Positions 54,519-63,335 of a DNA stretch of 64,000 nucleotides are shown in pieces. A program made the position numbers and the translations under genes. Numbering within the stretch: the first letter of the stretch is position 1; each line of letters starts with the position of its first letter. The stretch is from a virus: positions 1-64,000 of the IMG/VR virus record IMGVR_UViG_3300031369_000002. One strand, 5' to 3'. The notes under the pieces were generated by a model that did not search any database, had not been told where the DNA came from, and saw nothing but the letters and a program-made list of their open reading frames with translations.

Positions 54519-55619
54519 CTAATCAAAATCAATTTGTAATTGATTTATAATAGCTAAATTATTATCATGCTCAAATAATAAAGGAGCTTTTCTAGTTTTC
54601 TTATCATCCCCTAATAAAATCTCTAAGTTAGGATTGTCTATACAAGAAATAGCCCCTAATATATGCTCATGATTAACTCCTATAGTTCGATCAGCATATG
54701 ACCAGGACACATCTATTACCTCAGTAGCCATATTACCGTATCTATCCTTAGCCCGCAAAATTAAACTATTCTTTTTTAAAGCCAATAAAACTCCTTTTGT
54801 ATTTTCATCCGCAGTAATCCGCACTCTCCTAATACCCGCTCGCAAAGCTGCCTTATCCACAGATAATTTATATTTATTCTTCCTTGCGGGTTCAACTAAT
54901 AAAGCTTCGACATCAGGATAATCCACATTATTCTTAGTTATTAAAAAGCAATCAATACCTGAGAATACTAATATATGGTCCTCAGTCTCCCCAATACCGA
55001 TATTTTCTGTCTCAGTATTTTTAAGCATTTTTATTAAATCTTCTACAGCTCCAACAGGAAACTGCAAAGATATATCCTTCAAAGCTTCTAATTTAACCTG
55101 TCTAAATATAGCTCCATCAGAAGCCATCACCGACCCTTTAACTACATTAATCATCTGCAAAGCAGGTCTAACAGATTCCTTAGCAGCAGCCCCTTTTACT
55201 TTTAATAAAGCACTTATTAAAGCCAATCTAGGTACATCTATTTTAGTACAAGATTCAATCTTAGGAATCTCAGGATAATCATCAGGATTCATTAAATGTA
55301 TAGACCACTCAGCCCCAGCACACTTAATTAAGGCTTTATCATCAGCCACAGAGATTAAAACTATATCATCCTCACAACCATTAATAATCTCTTTTAAGGT
55401 TTTACCAGGAAATATGGCCTTACCTGAGGACTCTATTTCAATTAAATCACTAGAAGCCCTGATAGAAAGTTCTAAATCAGTAGCTATTATTTCAATGTCT
55501 TTATCTACTTTTATATGAAAGTTTTTAAGTATTGGCATAAAATCGCCTTTTGACAATAATACTGCAGAGGCCTTATTTAATAAAGCCTCTAATACAAATT
55601 TTTTAATCCTAAATTTCAT
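54519..55619 (-). CDS. dnaN: DNA polymerase III beta sliding clamp
   Basis: PIL, ATDLEL, DDYPEIP, ASDG..R and YPD motifs; 366 aa. Confidence 0.9.
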   Translation of the reverse strand: MKFRIKKFVLEALLNKASAVLLSKGDFMPILKNFHIKVDKDIEIIATDLELSIRASSDLIEIESSGKAIFPGKTLKEIINGCEDDIVLISVADDKALIKCAGAEWSIHLMNPDDYPEIPKIESCTKIDVPRLALISALLKVKGAAAKESVRPALQMINVVKGSVMASDGAIFRQVKLEALKDISLQFPVGAVEDLIKMLKNTETENIGIGETEDHILVFSGIDCFLITKNNVDYPDVEALLVEPARKNKYKLSVDKAALRAGIRRVRITADENTKGVLLALKKNSLILRAKDRYGNMATEVIDVSWSYADRTIGVNHEHILGAISCIDNPNLEILLGDDKKTRKAPLLFEHDNNLAIINQLQIDFD

Positions 55620-55885
55620 AGTAATCCTCCTGCTTTTAATTTAGCTTCTATATCATTTAATTCTTTTTCTATCTCTGCCTCTAAAATTTCTTTTTTCTTA
55701 ACTAGATCATCATAATCCTTAATTCCAAATTTCTCTTTAGCACCAGTTAACAACTCATTATAAGAATTACTATTAATTTCTAATTCTCTCTCAGCTACAG
55801 CCAATTTTCTCTTACCATCTTCAACAGCAATTTTACACTTTTCATATCTTTTAGTTAAATCTGTCATATCTAAACAACTCCTCAT
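55616..55885 (-). CDS. Small coiled-coil protein
   Basis: Heptad-rich helical sequence. Confidence 0.55.
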   Translation of the reverse strand: MRSCLDMTDLTKRYEKCKIAVEDGKRKLAVAERELEINSNSYNELLTGAKEKFGIKDYDDLVKKKEILEAEIEKELNDIEAKLKAGGLL

Positions 55886-55893
55886 TAAATTTT

Positions 55894-56061
55894 TTAAACT
55901 ACTTTAGTTTTGCACTGAGGACAATACCACTCGCCCTTTATTTTTTCATAGCATTTATTATGAACATCAGCCCCACAACCTTGACATGTAGAATAAATAT
56001 AACCCTCAACAGGCTCATTACATATATCACAAATGACATAACCATTTAAATCTTTGCTCAT
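55894..56061 (-). CDS. PHD-finger-like micro protein (55 aa)
   Basis: Not in track; ICDIC-x11-CQGC-x4-HNKC-x7-WYCPQC; ATGA overlap with the nuclease stop. Confidence 0.75.
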   Translation of the reverse strand: MSKDLNGYVICDICNEPVEGYIYSTCQGCGADVHNKCYEKIKGEWYCPQCKTKVV

Positions 56062-56936
56062 AATTTAATTCTCCCATCTTCCATAGGTCTATCAATAGGC
56101 TTTTCCGCTTCTTTAGCAGCAGGACAAAAAGCCTTTACGGGGCATTGATAGCAATTAGTTTTATCATAATTCAAAAGCCATTTACCAGTATGAAGAGAAC
56201 TACCTATCACCCCTATAGCTTTTTTAACTCTCTCATATAACTTTTTAAAATCCTCACTTTCAAAAGACAAAGTAACTACCTTATCTTTTCTTAAAGGTAC
56301 GATAAAACCACATTTAGTCACTTTCCACCCTGCCAAAGTACCCATCATGGTATAATAACAGATTTGATCCTCATCCATAAATCTGGCTGAACTGGTAACT
56401 TTAAGATCATAAACTACTTTATCATCCTCATCGTACAAATCTAAAACACCAGTTAAGAAAACATTTTTATAAGCTTTTAATTTTATTTTCCATTTAGTTT
56501 CATTTCTTAAAGCCTTCTCAGTAAAACCAAAATCAATAAAAACATCCTCTATAGCCTGAGCATTAACTACAGACTTCTCTCGCATATTATTAATATCCTG
56601 AGCATTTAAAGGAATAACATTATGCTTTTTTAAATACAAATCAAATAGCTTTGTAGCTATAGACTGCATATAGCCTATAATTAAGTTACCATCTTCATCT
56701 CTACCATTAGCAAGCCATTCCTCAAGACAAGAATGGCCTACAGAACCTAAACAAAAATTCCTCTCATTAAAATCCTTAGGCTTCCAATACATTATATTTT
56801 GCATAAAATATCTACCTGGACAATACTCCAAAGACTTAAAAGAACTATAAGACAACTTTAAAGGTCTATTATTAAAATAATTTATCTTATAATTATAATC
56901 TTTAGAATCTAAATTTTTTACCTCTAAATACACCAA
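56058..56936 (-). CDS. PD-(D/E)XK exonuclease, AddB/Cas4-like with Fe-S cysteines
   Basis: SYSS...YCP, G...H, E...G.LD...DLK, Q..YY and CYQCPVKAFC motifs. Confidence 0.85.
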   Translation of the reverse strand: MVYLEVKNLDSKDYNYKINYFNNRPLKLSYSSFKSLEYCPGRYFMQNIMYWKPKDFNERNFCLGSVGHSCLEEWLANGRDEDGNLIIGYMQSIATKLFDLYLKKHNVIPLNAQDINNMREKSVVNAQAIEDVFIDFGFTEKALRNETKWKIKLKAYKNVFLTGVLDLYDEDDKVVYDLKVTSSARFMDEDQICYYTMMGTLAGWKVTKCGFIVPLRKDKVVTLSFESEDFKKLYERVKKAIGVIGSSLHTGKWLLNYDKTNCYQCPVKAFCPAAKEAEKPIDRPMEDGRIKL

Positions 56937-56937
56937 A

Positions 56938-58002
56938 TCACCCCTTTACCTTTTCTAATATTTCTACAGCTTTTTCCTTTACTGCATGATAAAATTCTAG
57001 AGCCTGATCCTCAGACGCAGGATCAATCTCAGGATTATAAGCCTCAAATAATATTTCCTCTCCTATAGCTTTAATAGCCTCCTCAGTAGAAAAAATACCA
57101 AAAGAGGTCTCATTAACATTATCTAATAAAGTTTTGATAGACTCATCAATTTTATTATCAGAGCTTTCCTCTTTAAATACATCCTCTACTACAGGGATTT
57201 CCACTTCTTTATAACTTAAACTTATCTTCTTATTTTTATTGGTTACATCAAACAACAAAAATTTAGGCTTTCTTCCCTTATCATCTATAGAAGTTCTGGA
57301 AACACTTCCTACTTGTGCAAAAGTAGTAGTTTTATTATTTAAAGTACTTTCCCATATGCCCTTATCATCATGCATATGGGCTATTAAACCTAAATCAAAC
57401 TCCCCCGCTAAATCATCAGCAGGAATCACCTCATAAGGATAAACTTTCTTATCCTTAACAATAGGCTGATGTAATAAAGCAATATCATAATACTTTCCAG
57501 TAAAAGAATTAATAGCACTTGATTTTTTATACTCTTTAATTTTATTTAAGACTTCATCAGTTTTATTATAGGTATCACTTAAAGGCAATACCCTAATTAA
57601 TAACTCTGTATCCTCATCAACTATCTCAAAATCAGGGTTTATTATATAAGGTTCTTCTAAAAATCTAACCATAGGATGTTTTAAAATAGTACCTATAGGC
57701 CTTTTATTTATAGTTTCTAATCTCCCATAACTAATGTCATGAGAACCCACTATAAATAATATAGGGCATGGAAATTCATCTAAAACCTTTAAAATTTTAT
57801 TGACTAAACCATGCGATATTTTAGAAGCTATTTTAGAATGAAATAAATCCCCACCAAAAACAACATACTCAGCATTAACCTTAAGGCAAGTCTGAGCTAT
57901 AAATAACAACTTTTCTATTATTGCATCACTATAAGATTCATCCTTACGAGATGCAGGAGCGACATCCGCAAGATGGACATCGCTAAACCAACAAAATATC
58001 AT
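56938..58002 (-). CDS. sbcD: SbcD/Mre11-like metallophosphoesterase nuclease
   Basis: SDVH, GGDLFH, GSHD, AHMH and GSVSR motifs; ATG at 58002. Confidence 0.88.
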   Translation of the reverse strand: MIFCWFSDVHLADVAPASRKDESYSDAIIEKLLFIAQTCLKVNAEYVVFGGDLFHSKIASKISHGLVNKILKVLDEFPCPILFIVGSHDISYGRLETINKRPIGTILKHPMVRFLEEPYIINPDFEIVDEDTELLIRVLPLSDTYNKTDEVLNKIKEYKKSSAINSFTGKYYDIALLHQPIVKDKKVYPYEVIPADDLAGEFDLGLIAHMHDDKGIWESTLNNKTTTFAQVGSVSRTSIDDKGRKPKFLLFDVTNKNKKISLSYKEVEIPVVEDVFKEESSDNKIDESIKTLLDNVNETSFGIFSTEEAIKAIGEEILFEAYNPEIDPASEDQALEFYHAVKEKAVEILEKVKG

Positions 58003-58023
58003 TAAGACAACCCCTTTCAAAAT

Positions 58024-58155
58024 TTAACTGAATTCATCCTCTGACTCCCATTTAGTAGCGTTACATTTAGAGCATTCAAACTCATACTCTACTTTTCCAT
58101 TGCTATTGCTAATCCTGGTATTCCCAGTTTCTAACCATAAGTGCGAACATGCCAT
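58024..58155 (-). CDS. Micro zinc-ribbon protein (43 aa)
   Basis: Not in track; MACSHLWLETG...ECSKCNATKW. Confidence 0.65.
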   Translation of the reverse strand: MACSHLWLETGNTRISNSNGKVEYEFECSKCNATKWESEDEFS

Positions 58156-58177
58156 TAATCACACCTCCTTATCTATA

Positions 58178-58300
58178 TTAATCTTCTTCTACCCATTTAA
58201 CTATATGACACTTAGAGCATTCTACCTCAAACTCATTTTTACCAGTAGACTTATTAACTCTAACCTCACCAGTCTCTTGCCAATCATGAGAACAACCCAT
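58178..58300 (-). CDS. Micro zinc-ribbon protein (40 aa), tandem paralog
   Basis: Not in track; MGCSHDWQETG...ECSKCHIVKW. Confidence 0.65.
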   Translation of the reverse strand: MGCSHDWQETGEVRVNKSTGKNEFEVECSKCHIVKWVEED

Positions 58301-58311
58301 AATTAAACCTC

Positions 58312-58443
58312 CTAATATTTCTCTATAACTACTTTCTCCTCATTGCAATTATCACATTTATAAGTACAAATATGATCTTCGCCTTTATCCTCTATATCAG
58401 TTAAGATCATATCCTTGCCACAGCATACAGGAGTATCCGCCAT
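58312..58443 (-). CDS. Micro zinc-ribbon protein (43 aa)
   Basis: Not in track; PVCCGKDM...YKCDNC. Confidence 0.6.
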   Translation of the reverse strand: MADTPVCCGKDMILTDIEDKGEDHICTYKCDNCNEEKVVIEKY

Positions 58444-58446
58444 AAG

Positions 58447-59682
58447 TCACACCTCCTCATTATCTAATGGCTTATTACATACAGGACACAAAGGATTTTC
58501 TTTTATAAAATCCCTTAAGGCTATTTTTCTTTTGTCTAGCTCCACCATAACAACATCTTTCTTATCTCTGGACTTACTTAAAAGCTTCTCAGTTCTATCT
58601 ATTTGTGCAATAGCCCTTTTACTATCAAGATAAGAAGAAATATCAGGCAACTTAATAAGATTAATAACATTTAACTTGGCTAAACTATCCTCAGAAACTT
58701 TTACTTTTTGAGAAATTACCACCAAATTTTTAATTATCTCAATTAGTTTATTATACCGATCAACCATATTAAAAAGCCTGTTAATTTCAATATTTTCTGT
58801 ATTTCTCCAATGAGCAACTTCATCATAAGTCTTATCCATAAATACTTTTAATTGCTCTAATTTTAAGGTTATATCACTAAAAACATTTACAGCAAATAAT
58901 TTATCATTTAATACTTTTAAATTAGTTTCTAACCCCTTTAAAGTTGTTTTAAGATTATGCACAACTACAGCATTATTTTTCATTGACTGAGAATAGACAA
59001 TTAAATTTTTCTCTATCTCAGCCAAAGCCTCTAAAGCCTTAATTTTATTTTGTACTTTTTCTCTAGAGTCTTTTAAAACCTCTAAAAACTTCCTTTTACT
59101 TTCTAACTGTGAATATTGCTCTTTGTCTCCTCTTAATACAATTAAATCTTTTTCTCTAATAAGTTTCAATTTATTTTTATTTACTTTTTCCTTATTAGCC
59201 TCTTTATTAGCAGCTATTAGAAGATTTACATTAGTAATCTCCCCTAATATTTTTGCTACCATAGAGCCAGAAGCATCACAAAGAAAAGGTAAGTCAAACT
59301 GTCTATCAAAATTAACTAAAAACTTACTGCCATCAATAGAAATTTCACTCATCTGCAAAAAATGAGTTACTTCCTCAGGACAACCCCTGCCAACATTTTT
59401 CAAGAGTTCACCATCAACAGCATAATTATTTATATTTTTACCTTTGACCCATTCCACCACATGACCATCTAAAGTCATAGAAATATGAGTCTTATTAGAC
59501 CCAGCAGGTAAATAAGACCAATCTGAACCACACACAGCACTATTAGTGACCATAGACTCCAAAGCACGAATTAAGGCACTTTTCCCGCAATTTGATTGTC
59601 CAATAATAGCAGTAAATTTACCAGGCTCTATAACAACATCAGATAAAGACTGGTAATTTTTTATATCTATTCTTTCCAGCAT
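58447..59682 (-). CDS. sbcC: SbcC/Rad50-like ATPase, N-terminal half ending at the zinc hook
   Basis: IKNYQS, Walker A GQSNCGKS, Q-loop RQFD, long coiled coil, terminal CPVC. Confidence 0.85.
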   Translation of the reverse strand: MLERIDIKNYQSLSDVVIEPGKFTAIIGQSNCGKSALIRALESMVTNSAVCGSDWSYLPAGSNKTHISMTLDGHVVEWVKGKNINNYAVDGELLKNVGRGCPEEVTHFLQMSEISIDGSKFLVNFDRQFDLPFLCDASGSMVAKILGEITNVNLLIAANKEANKEKVNKNKLKLIREKDLIVLRGDKEQYSQLESKRKFLEVLKDSREKVQNKIKALEALAEIEKNLIVYSQSMKNNAVVVHNLKTTLKGLETNLKVLNDKLFAVNVFSDITLKLEQLKVFMDKTYDEVAHWRNTENIEINRLFNMVDRYNKLIEIIKNLVVISQKVKVSEDSLAKLNVINLIKLPDISSYLDSKRAIAQIDRTEKLLSKSRDKKDVVMVELDKRKIALRDFIKENPLCPVCNKPLDNEEV

Positions 59683-59692
59683 AAGACTCCTC

Positions 59693-59980
59693 CTAATCTT
59701 TTTTTATACCATTAAAACTTATAAGCATATCATTAGCCTTTTTATCAATCATAACTCTCACATTATTTTTATTAATCTCTTCTAACTCATCCAACCCCTT
59801 TAATAAAATCCCTTTATAACTTTTAACGACCTGACATCTTATCAGGTCATTAAAAGCACTATTTTTTACTACATTTACTTTATTATATAAAGACTTACTA
59901 CAGACTTTTAAAAGTATAATCTGAATAAGCATCCATAATAAAGTTACTCCTACCACTACACATAAGATATAGAATTGCAT
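59693..59980 (-). CDS. Membrane-anchored hypothetical protein
   Basis: ATG coupled to the DUF932 stop; TM helix. Confidence 0.5.
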   Translation of the reverse strand: MQFYILCVVVGVTLLWMLIQIILLKVCSKSLYNKVNVVKNSAFNDLIRCQVVKSYKGILLKGLDELEEINKNNVRVMIDKKANDMLISFNGIKKD

Positions 59981-61005
59981 TAATCTACATCCAATAAACT
60001 CTGGCAAGTAGGGCAAAAAGTAGAATGTTCAGCTACGCCACTAGCTAACATTTGAAGGGATTGCGTCATATTAGGATTGTCTACAAATTCACCAGAATTA
60101 GCTGCAGAGGTTATAGCATTAAAAACATCATACATATTTTTAATTTCCCCCGCATTTATAATCTCATCAGTTATGGCCTCTCTTAATTTAGAGGACACAC
60201 TAAACTCGCTAAATATATTTCTTAATAGAACAGAACCATGATCATTAATAGGAATCTCTTGTAAATGCTTAATTCTTTCAAACTCAGAAGTAATCTCCGT
60301 CTGAGCTTGCGTAACACTATTTTTTACCCATTCTTCCAAATGTTCGCTATTAGAACGCCTTGACCATTTAGATAGAATATTTTGCGATATCATACCGTTA
60401 GAACAAACTAAACGATATACATAGCCTGAAATAGTAAAAACCTTTTCTCCAAGAATATGATCTTGCACAGAAATACCACCTCTAACTACATCACCTACAT
60501 TCATAGCCTCTTCTTGATTTGAGACTACAGAGTAATACAATCCTCTATCAAAGCTATGATGCACCTTATCATAAAGCAAATTATCTTTTTCCAAACTAGT
60601 AGGAGCCAAAGTATCCTCAATAATTTCAAGGACCTTAACCCTACTATAATAATCAGTTGAGCCTTTAATAAAAGACACCACATTATCCCCAGCAATTAAT
60701 AATTTTCCATCATCTGACTTAGTATTAAACCAATGATTAAAATGAGGATTCATTAAATGTAAAGATTCATCATTGAATTTTTTTACATAAGTAGCAGGTA
60801 CACCGCAAATCCTAGAAGCTTTAATAAAAGCCTCCTTAGACAATTTAAATTCATTATTATCCAAACGGAATAACATATTATTCGCACTGTCTTTAGTAAA
60901 CTCTATCTTATTACTACCCATTCTAAAGGGTACTTCTTTAAAGCCATCAGTAGGCTTTAATAATTTAACCACGTCATCTCTAGAAAAAACTTTATCATTT
61001 CTCAT
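59980..61005 (-). CDS. DUF932-family protein
   Basis: YRLVCSNGM and YDVFNAIT motifs. Confidence 0.75.
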   Translation of the reverse strand: MRNDKVFSRDDVVKLLKPTDGFKEVPFRMGSNKIEFTKDSANNMLFRLDNNEFKLSKEAFIKASRICGVPATYVKKFNDESLHLMNPHFNHWFNTKSDDGKLLIAGDNVVSFIKGSTDYYSRVKVLEIIEDTLAPTSLEKDNLLYDKVHHSFDRGLYYSVVSNQEEAMNVGDVVRGGISVQDHILGEKVFTISGYVYRLVCSNGMISQNILSKWSRRSNSEHLEEWVKNSVTQAQTEITSEFERIKHLQEIPINDHGSVLLRNIFSEFSVSSKLREAITDEIINAGEIKNMYDVFNAITSAANSGEFVDNPNMTQSLQMLASGVAEHSTFCPTCQSLLDVD

Positions 61006-61032
61006 ATAACAACCTCCATTTTTTTATTAAAT

Positions 61033-61065
61033 ATTATACCTATAAAATCTATAAAGAGACTGTTT
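61033..61065 (-). promoter_or_regulatory. Class II promoter AAAC-N20-AGGTATAAT for the recombination operon
   Basis: gttt at 61062-65, attatacct at 61033-41. Confidence 0.6.
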
Positions 61066-62251
61066 TATTTTTATTATTTGTCTCTTCTAATAATTCCTCA
61101 GGCAACTCTTGAATCGGTCCATCTTCGACTAAAGCGTAACTATCCTCTATTTCCGTTCTAGTCTCCATATACTTCATATCTTTATCAATGGCATCTTGTA
61201 AATCCTTTGATAAAACTTTAAAACCTTTAACCCCAGCCTCTCTAAAATATGTGCATACTTTTTCCAAGCCTTGAATATTTTTTTCCTCTTTATCATGCCT
61301 ATATTTAGCAGGCACTTTTAAAAAGGCTCCATTCTTTTTAATCATTTTTCTATCAATAGCCACAAGTATAATAGACATTACATCATCTACACCTATACCA
61401 TAGCGAATAATAAACTCACAAGACCTAAAAGGCGGGGCAACTTTATTTTTAATAAGTTCACATTTAATTTTAGTGGCCACTAATCCATCTTCCCACTCAC
61501 CTTTTATCGCATTAAATATTTTACCTTTTACTCCACCTATCTTAGTAAATTTTAATCTCATAGTAGAATAAAATTTTAAAGCAGACCCACCAGGAGTCGT
61601 CTCTTTTTTAATTCCCTTTGCCTTTTCAAAAGGAGTCATAGGCAAGCCAATCCTCAATTGATTTATAAAAGCAAAAGCTACATTAGTAGTTGAACATATA
61701 CCCGCCAACTTCTTTAAAGTCTGAGCCATAATCCTAGCACCATGAGCGACACCACCTGCAGTAGGATCACCAATCTCCCCTTCCATTTCAGCCTGAGTCT
61801 TCATAGCTGCAACGGAATCAGCTATAACCAACCCTATAAACCCAGTTTTCATATAGAACTCAGCTATACGAAATCCTTGCTCCATATATGTTGGTTGTAC
61901 ATAAATAAACTTATCATCCGATAAATCTACTCCTTGAGCGATCATATATTTTTTATCAAGAGCATGCTCATAATCTAAATACAACACAGCTTTTTTTAAA
62001 ACCTTTTGACATTGTACAGCACAACTACTCATCACCGTAGTCTTACCCGAACTCTCTAGACCATAACATTCTATAATACGGCCTAAAGGTATGCCTCCAA
62101 TACCAGTTATATAATCTATTAAAAAGCTACCTGTAGAAATATGAGGCATAGGTTTAACTTTGCCCTCCAAAGATATTATAGTGTCATCACCCTCAATACC
62201 TAAAATATGTTTTTTAGCATCGTCCAAAGTTTTTATAACAGTTTTAGCCAT
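61049..62251 (-). CDS. recA: RecA recombinase
   Basis: ISTGS..D, GGIP.GRI.E.YG.ESSGKTT, D.EHALD, DSVAA, FINQLR, ETTPGG.ALKFY and KNKVAPPF motifs; ATG at 62251. Confidence 0.97.
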   Translation of the reverse strand: MAKTVIKTLDDAKKHILGIEGDDTIISLEGKVKPMPHISTGSFLIDYITGIGGIPLGRIIECYGLESSGKTTVMSSCAVQCQKVLKKAVLYLDYEHALDKKYMIAQGVDLSDDKFIYVQPTYMEQGFRIAEFYMKTGFIGLVIADSVAAMKTQAEMEGEIGDPTAGGVAHGARIMAQTLKKLAGICSTTNVAFAFINQLRIGLPMTPFEKAKGIKKETTPGGSALKFYSTMRLKFTKIGGVKGKIFNAIKGEWEDGLVATKIKCELIKNKVAPPFRSCEFIIRYGIGVDDVMSIILVAIDRKMIKKNGAFLKVPAKYRHDKEEKNIQGLEKVCTYFREAGVKGFKVLSKDLQDAIDKDMKYMETRTEIEDSYALVEDGPIQELPEELLEETNNKNKTVSL

Positions 62252-62429
62252 TACTATCCTCCTCTTTAACACAATCCTTAATTCCTTGATAATTACATGT
62301 GCCTACTTGAGTCAGATCATACTTACTTTTAGGTCCATATCTAAAATAAGTACATCCCGAACATTTAGCCCAGCACTCTTGTATTTCTCCTAAATCTCTA
62401 CCCATTAATAACAACTCCTCATTTATCAA
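62244..62429 (-). CDS. Cys-rich micro protein
   Basis: CSGC.YF...GTC. Confidence 0.5.
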   Translation of the reverse strand: MINEELLLMGRDLGEIQECWAKCSGCTYFRYGPKSKYDLTQVGTCNYQGIKDCVKEEDSNG

Positions 62430-62607
62430 ACTCCTTCTTACAATCAGGACAATATTCTGCCCAATCGTCAGAATTAATCCCTACTTTTATACTTTTCCAA
62501 CCGTTATCTTTCTTATAGTCCACAGCTTCCCCAAAAGAATCTACTTCTACTCTCAGACCACAGCCATCACACTCTAAAAAGTACTGCCCTCTAATATTAT
62601 CAATCAT
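62419..62607 (-). CDS. Zinc-ribbon protein
   Basis: ECDGCG...YCPDC. Confidence 0.65.
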   Translation of the reverse strand: MIDNIRGQYFLECDGCGLRVEVDSFGEAVDYKKDNGWKSIKVGINSDDWAEYCPDCKKEFDK

Positions 62608-63286
62608 TATTTTTCACCTCCAAAAGACTATATAAAACATCATCATTTAACAATAAATCCTTATTATCCATTAATCCATTTTTAGTTTTAGGATTAACAA
62701 ATATCTTTTTCCTAATTGGAGACAATATATCCATAGAAACACCCATTAAGAAAAAACAATAATAAACTCCTATTACACCATGTACAAAAGCATCAGTACA
62801 ATCAGACCTTTCCTTCGCATAATGCCTGGTTGACTCATACTTAAACTCTTTTTTAACCCACTCAACAATAAGCCTCTTAGCAGCTCCACCTTTAGGAGCT
62901 TTCTTGCCATCAGCAATAAAACTTCTAAACTTAGCAGGATTATTTAAAAGCATACTAAATTTACGCTCATAATGAAAAGCCCTGATAATACCATTAAACT
63001 CTGCTATAGAAAAGGCTACATGACTCATATTGTTAATGTAATCCTCATTAACTATTAAATCTATGCCATTATATTTCTCATCCATAGCCCAGGTAAACTC
63101 AAAAACACCCTCAGCATTCTTATACCTAGATTTAAAATTATTCTCTATAGTAAAAGACTTCTCAGCTAAAGATTTAAATTTTATATCATTTCCAGTAAAT
63201 TCACCTCTAACTAAGTTCAAACCTGAACTAATAGAGGCTATATCCTGGCCCACTACATAAACAAATTTTTTCATTTTATCCTCCAA
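62600..63286 (-). CDS. RuvC-like Holliday junction resolvase
   Basis: VVGQDIAS..SG, VNE, G.A.K...K and SDCTDA catalytic pattern; next to recA. Confidence 0.7.
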   Translation of the reverse strand: MEDKMKKFVYVVGQDIASISSGLNLVRGEFTGNDIKFKSLAEKSFTIENNFKSRYKNAEGVFEFTWAMDEKYNGIDLIVNEDYINNMSHVAFSIAEFNGIIRAFHYERKFSMLLNNPAKFRSFIADGKKAPKGGAAKRLIVEWVKKEFKYESTRHYAKERSDCTDAFVHGVIGVYYCFFLMGVSMDILSPIRKKIFVNPKTKNGLMDNKDLLLNDDVLYSLLEVKNND

Positions 63287-63292
63287 AAAATT

Positions 63293-63325
63293 TAAAGCCT
63301 ATATAAATAAACTATATAGGCTTTA
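63293..63325 (-). terminator. Intrinsic terminator
   Basis: TAAAGCCTATATA/TATATAGGCTTTA stem. Confidence 0.7.
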
Positions 63326-63335
63326 TAATATAAAA

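Noticed and set aside
56058-56936. Cas4 as evidence of a CRISPR-Cas system
   Set aside because: No cas1/cas2 or array; the context is a recombination operon.
3073-63260. All plus-strand ORFs in the track (e.g. 3073, 6360, 23415, 34709, 48772, 59123)
   Set aside because: They are antisense shadows of well-supported minus-strand genes, with no RBS or recognisable motifs.
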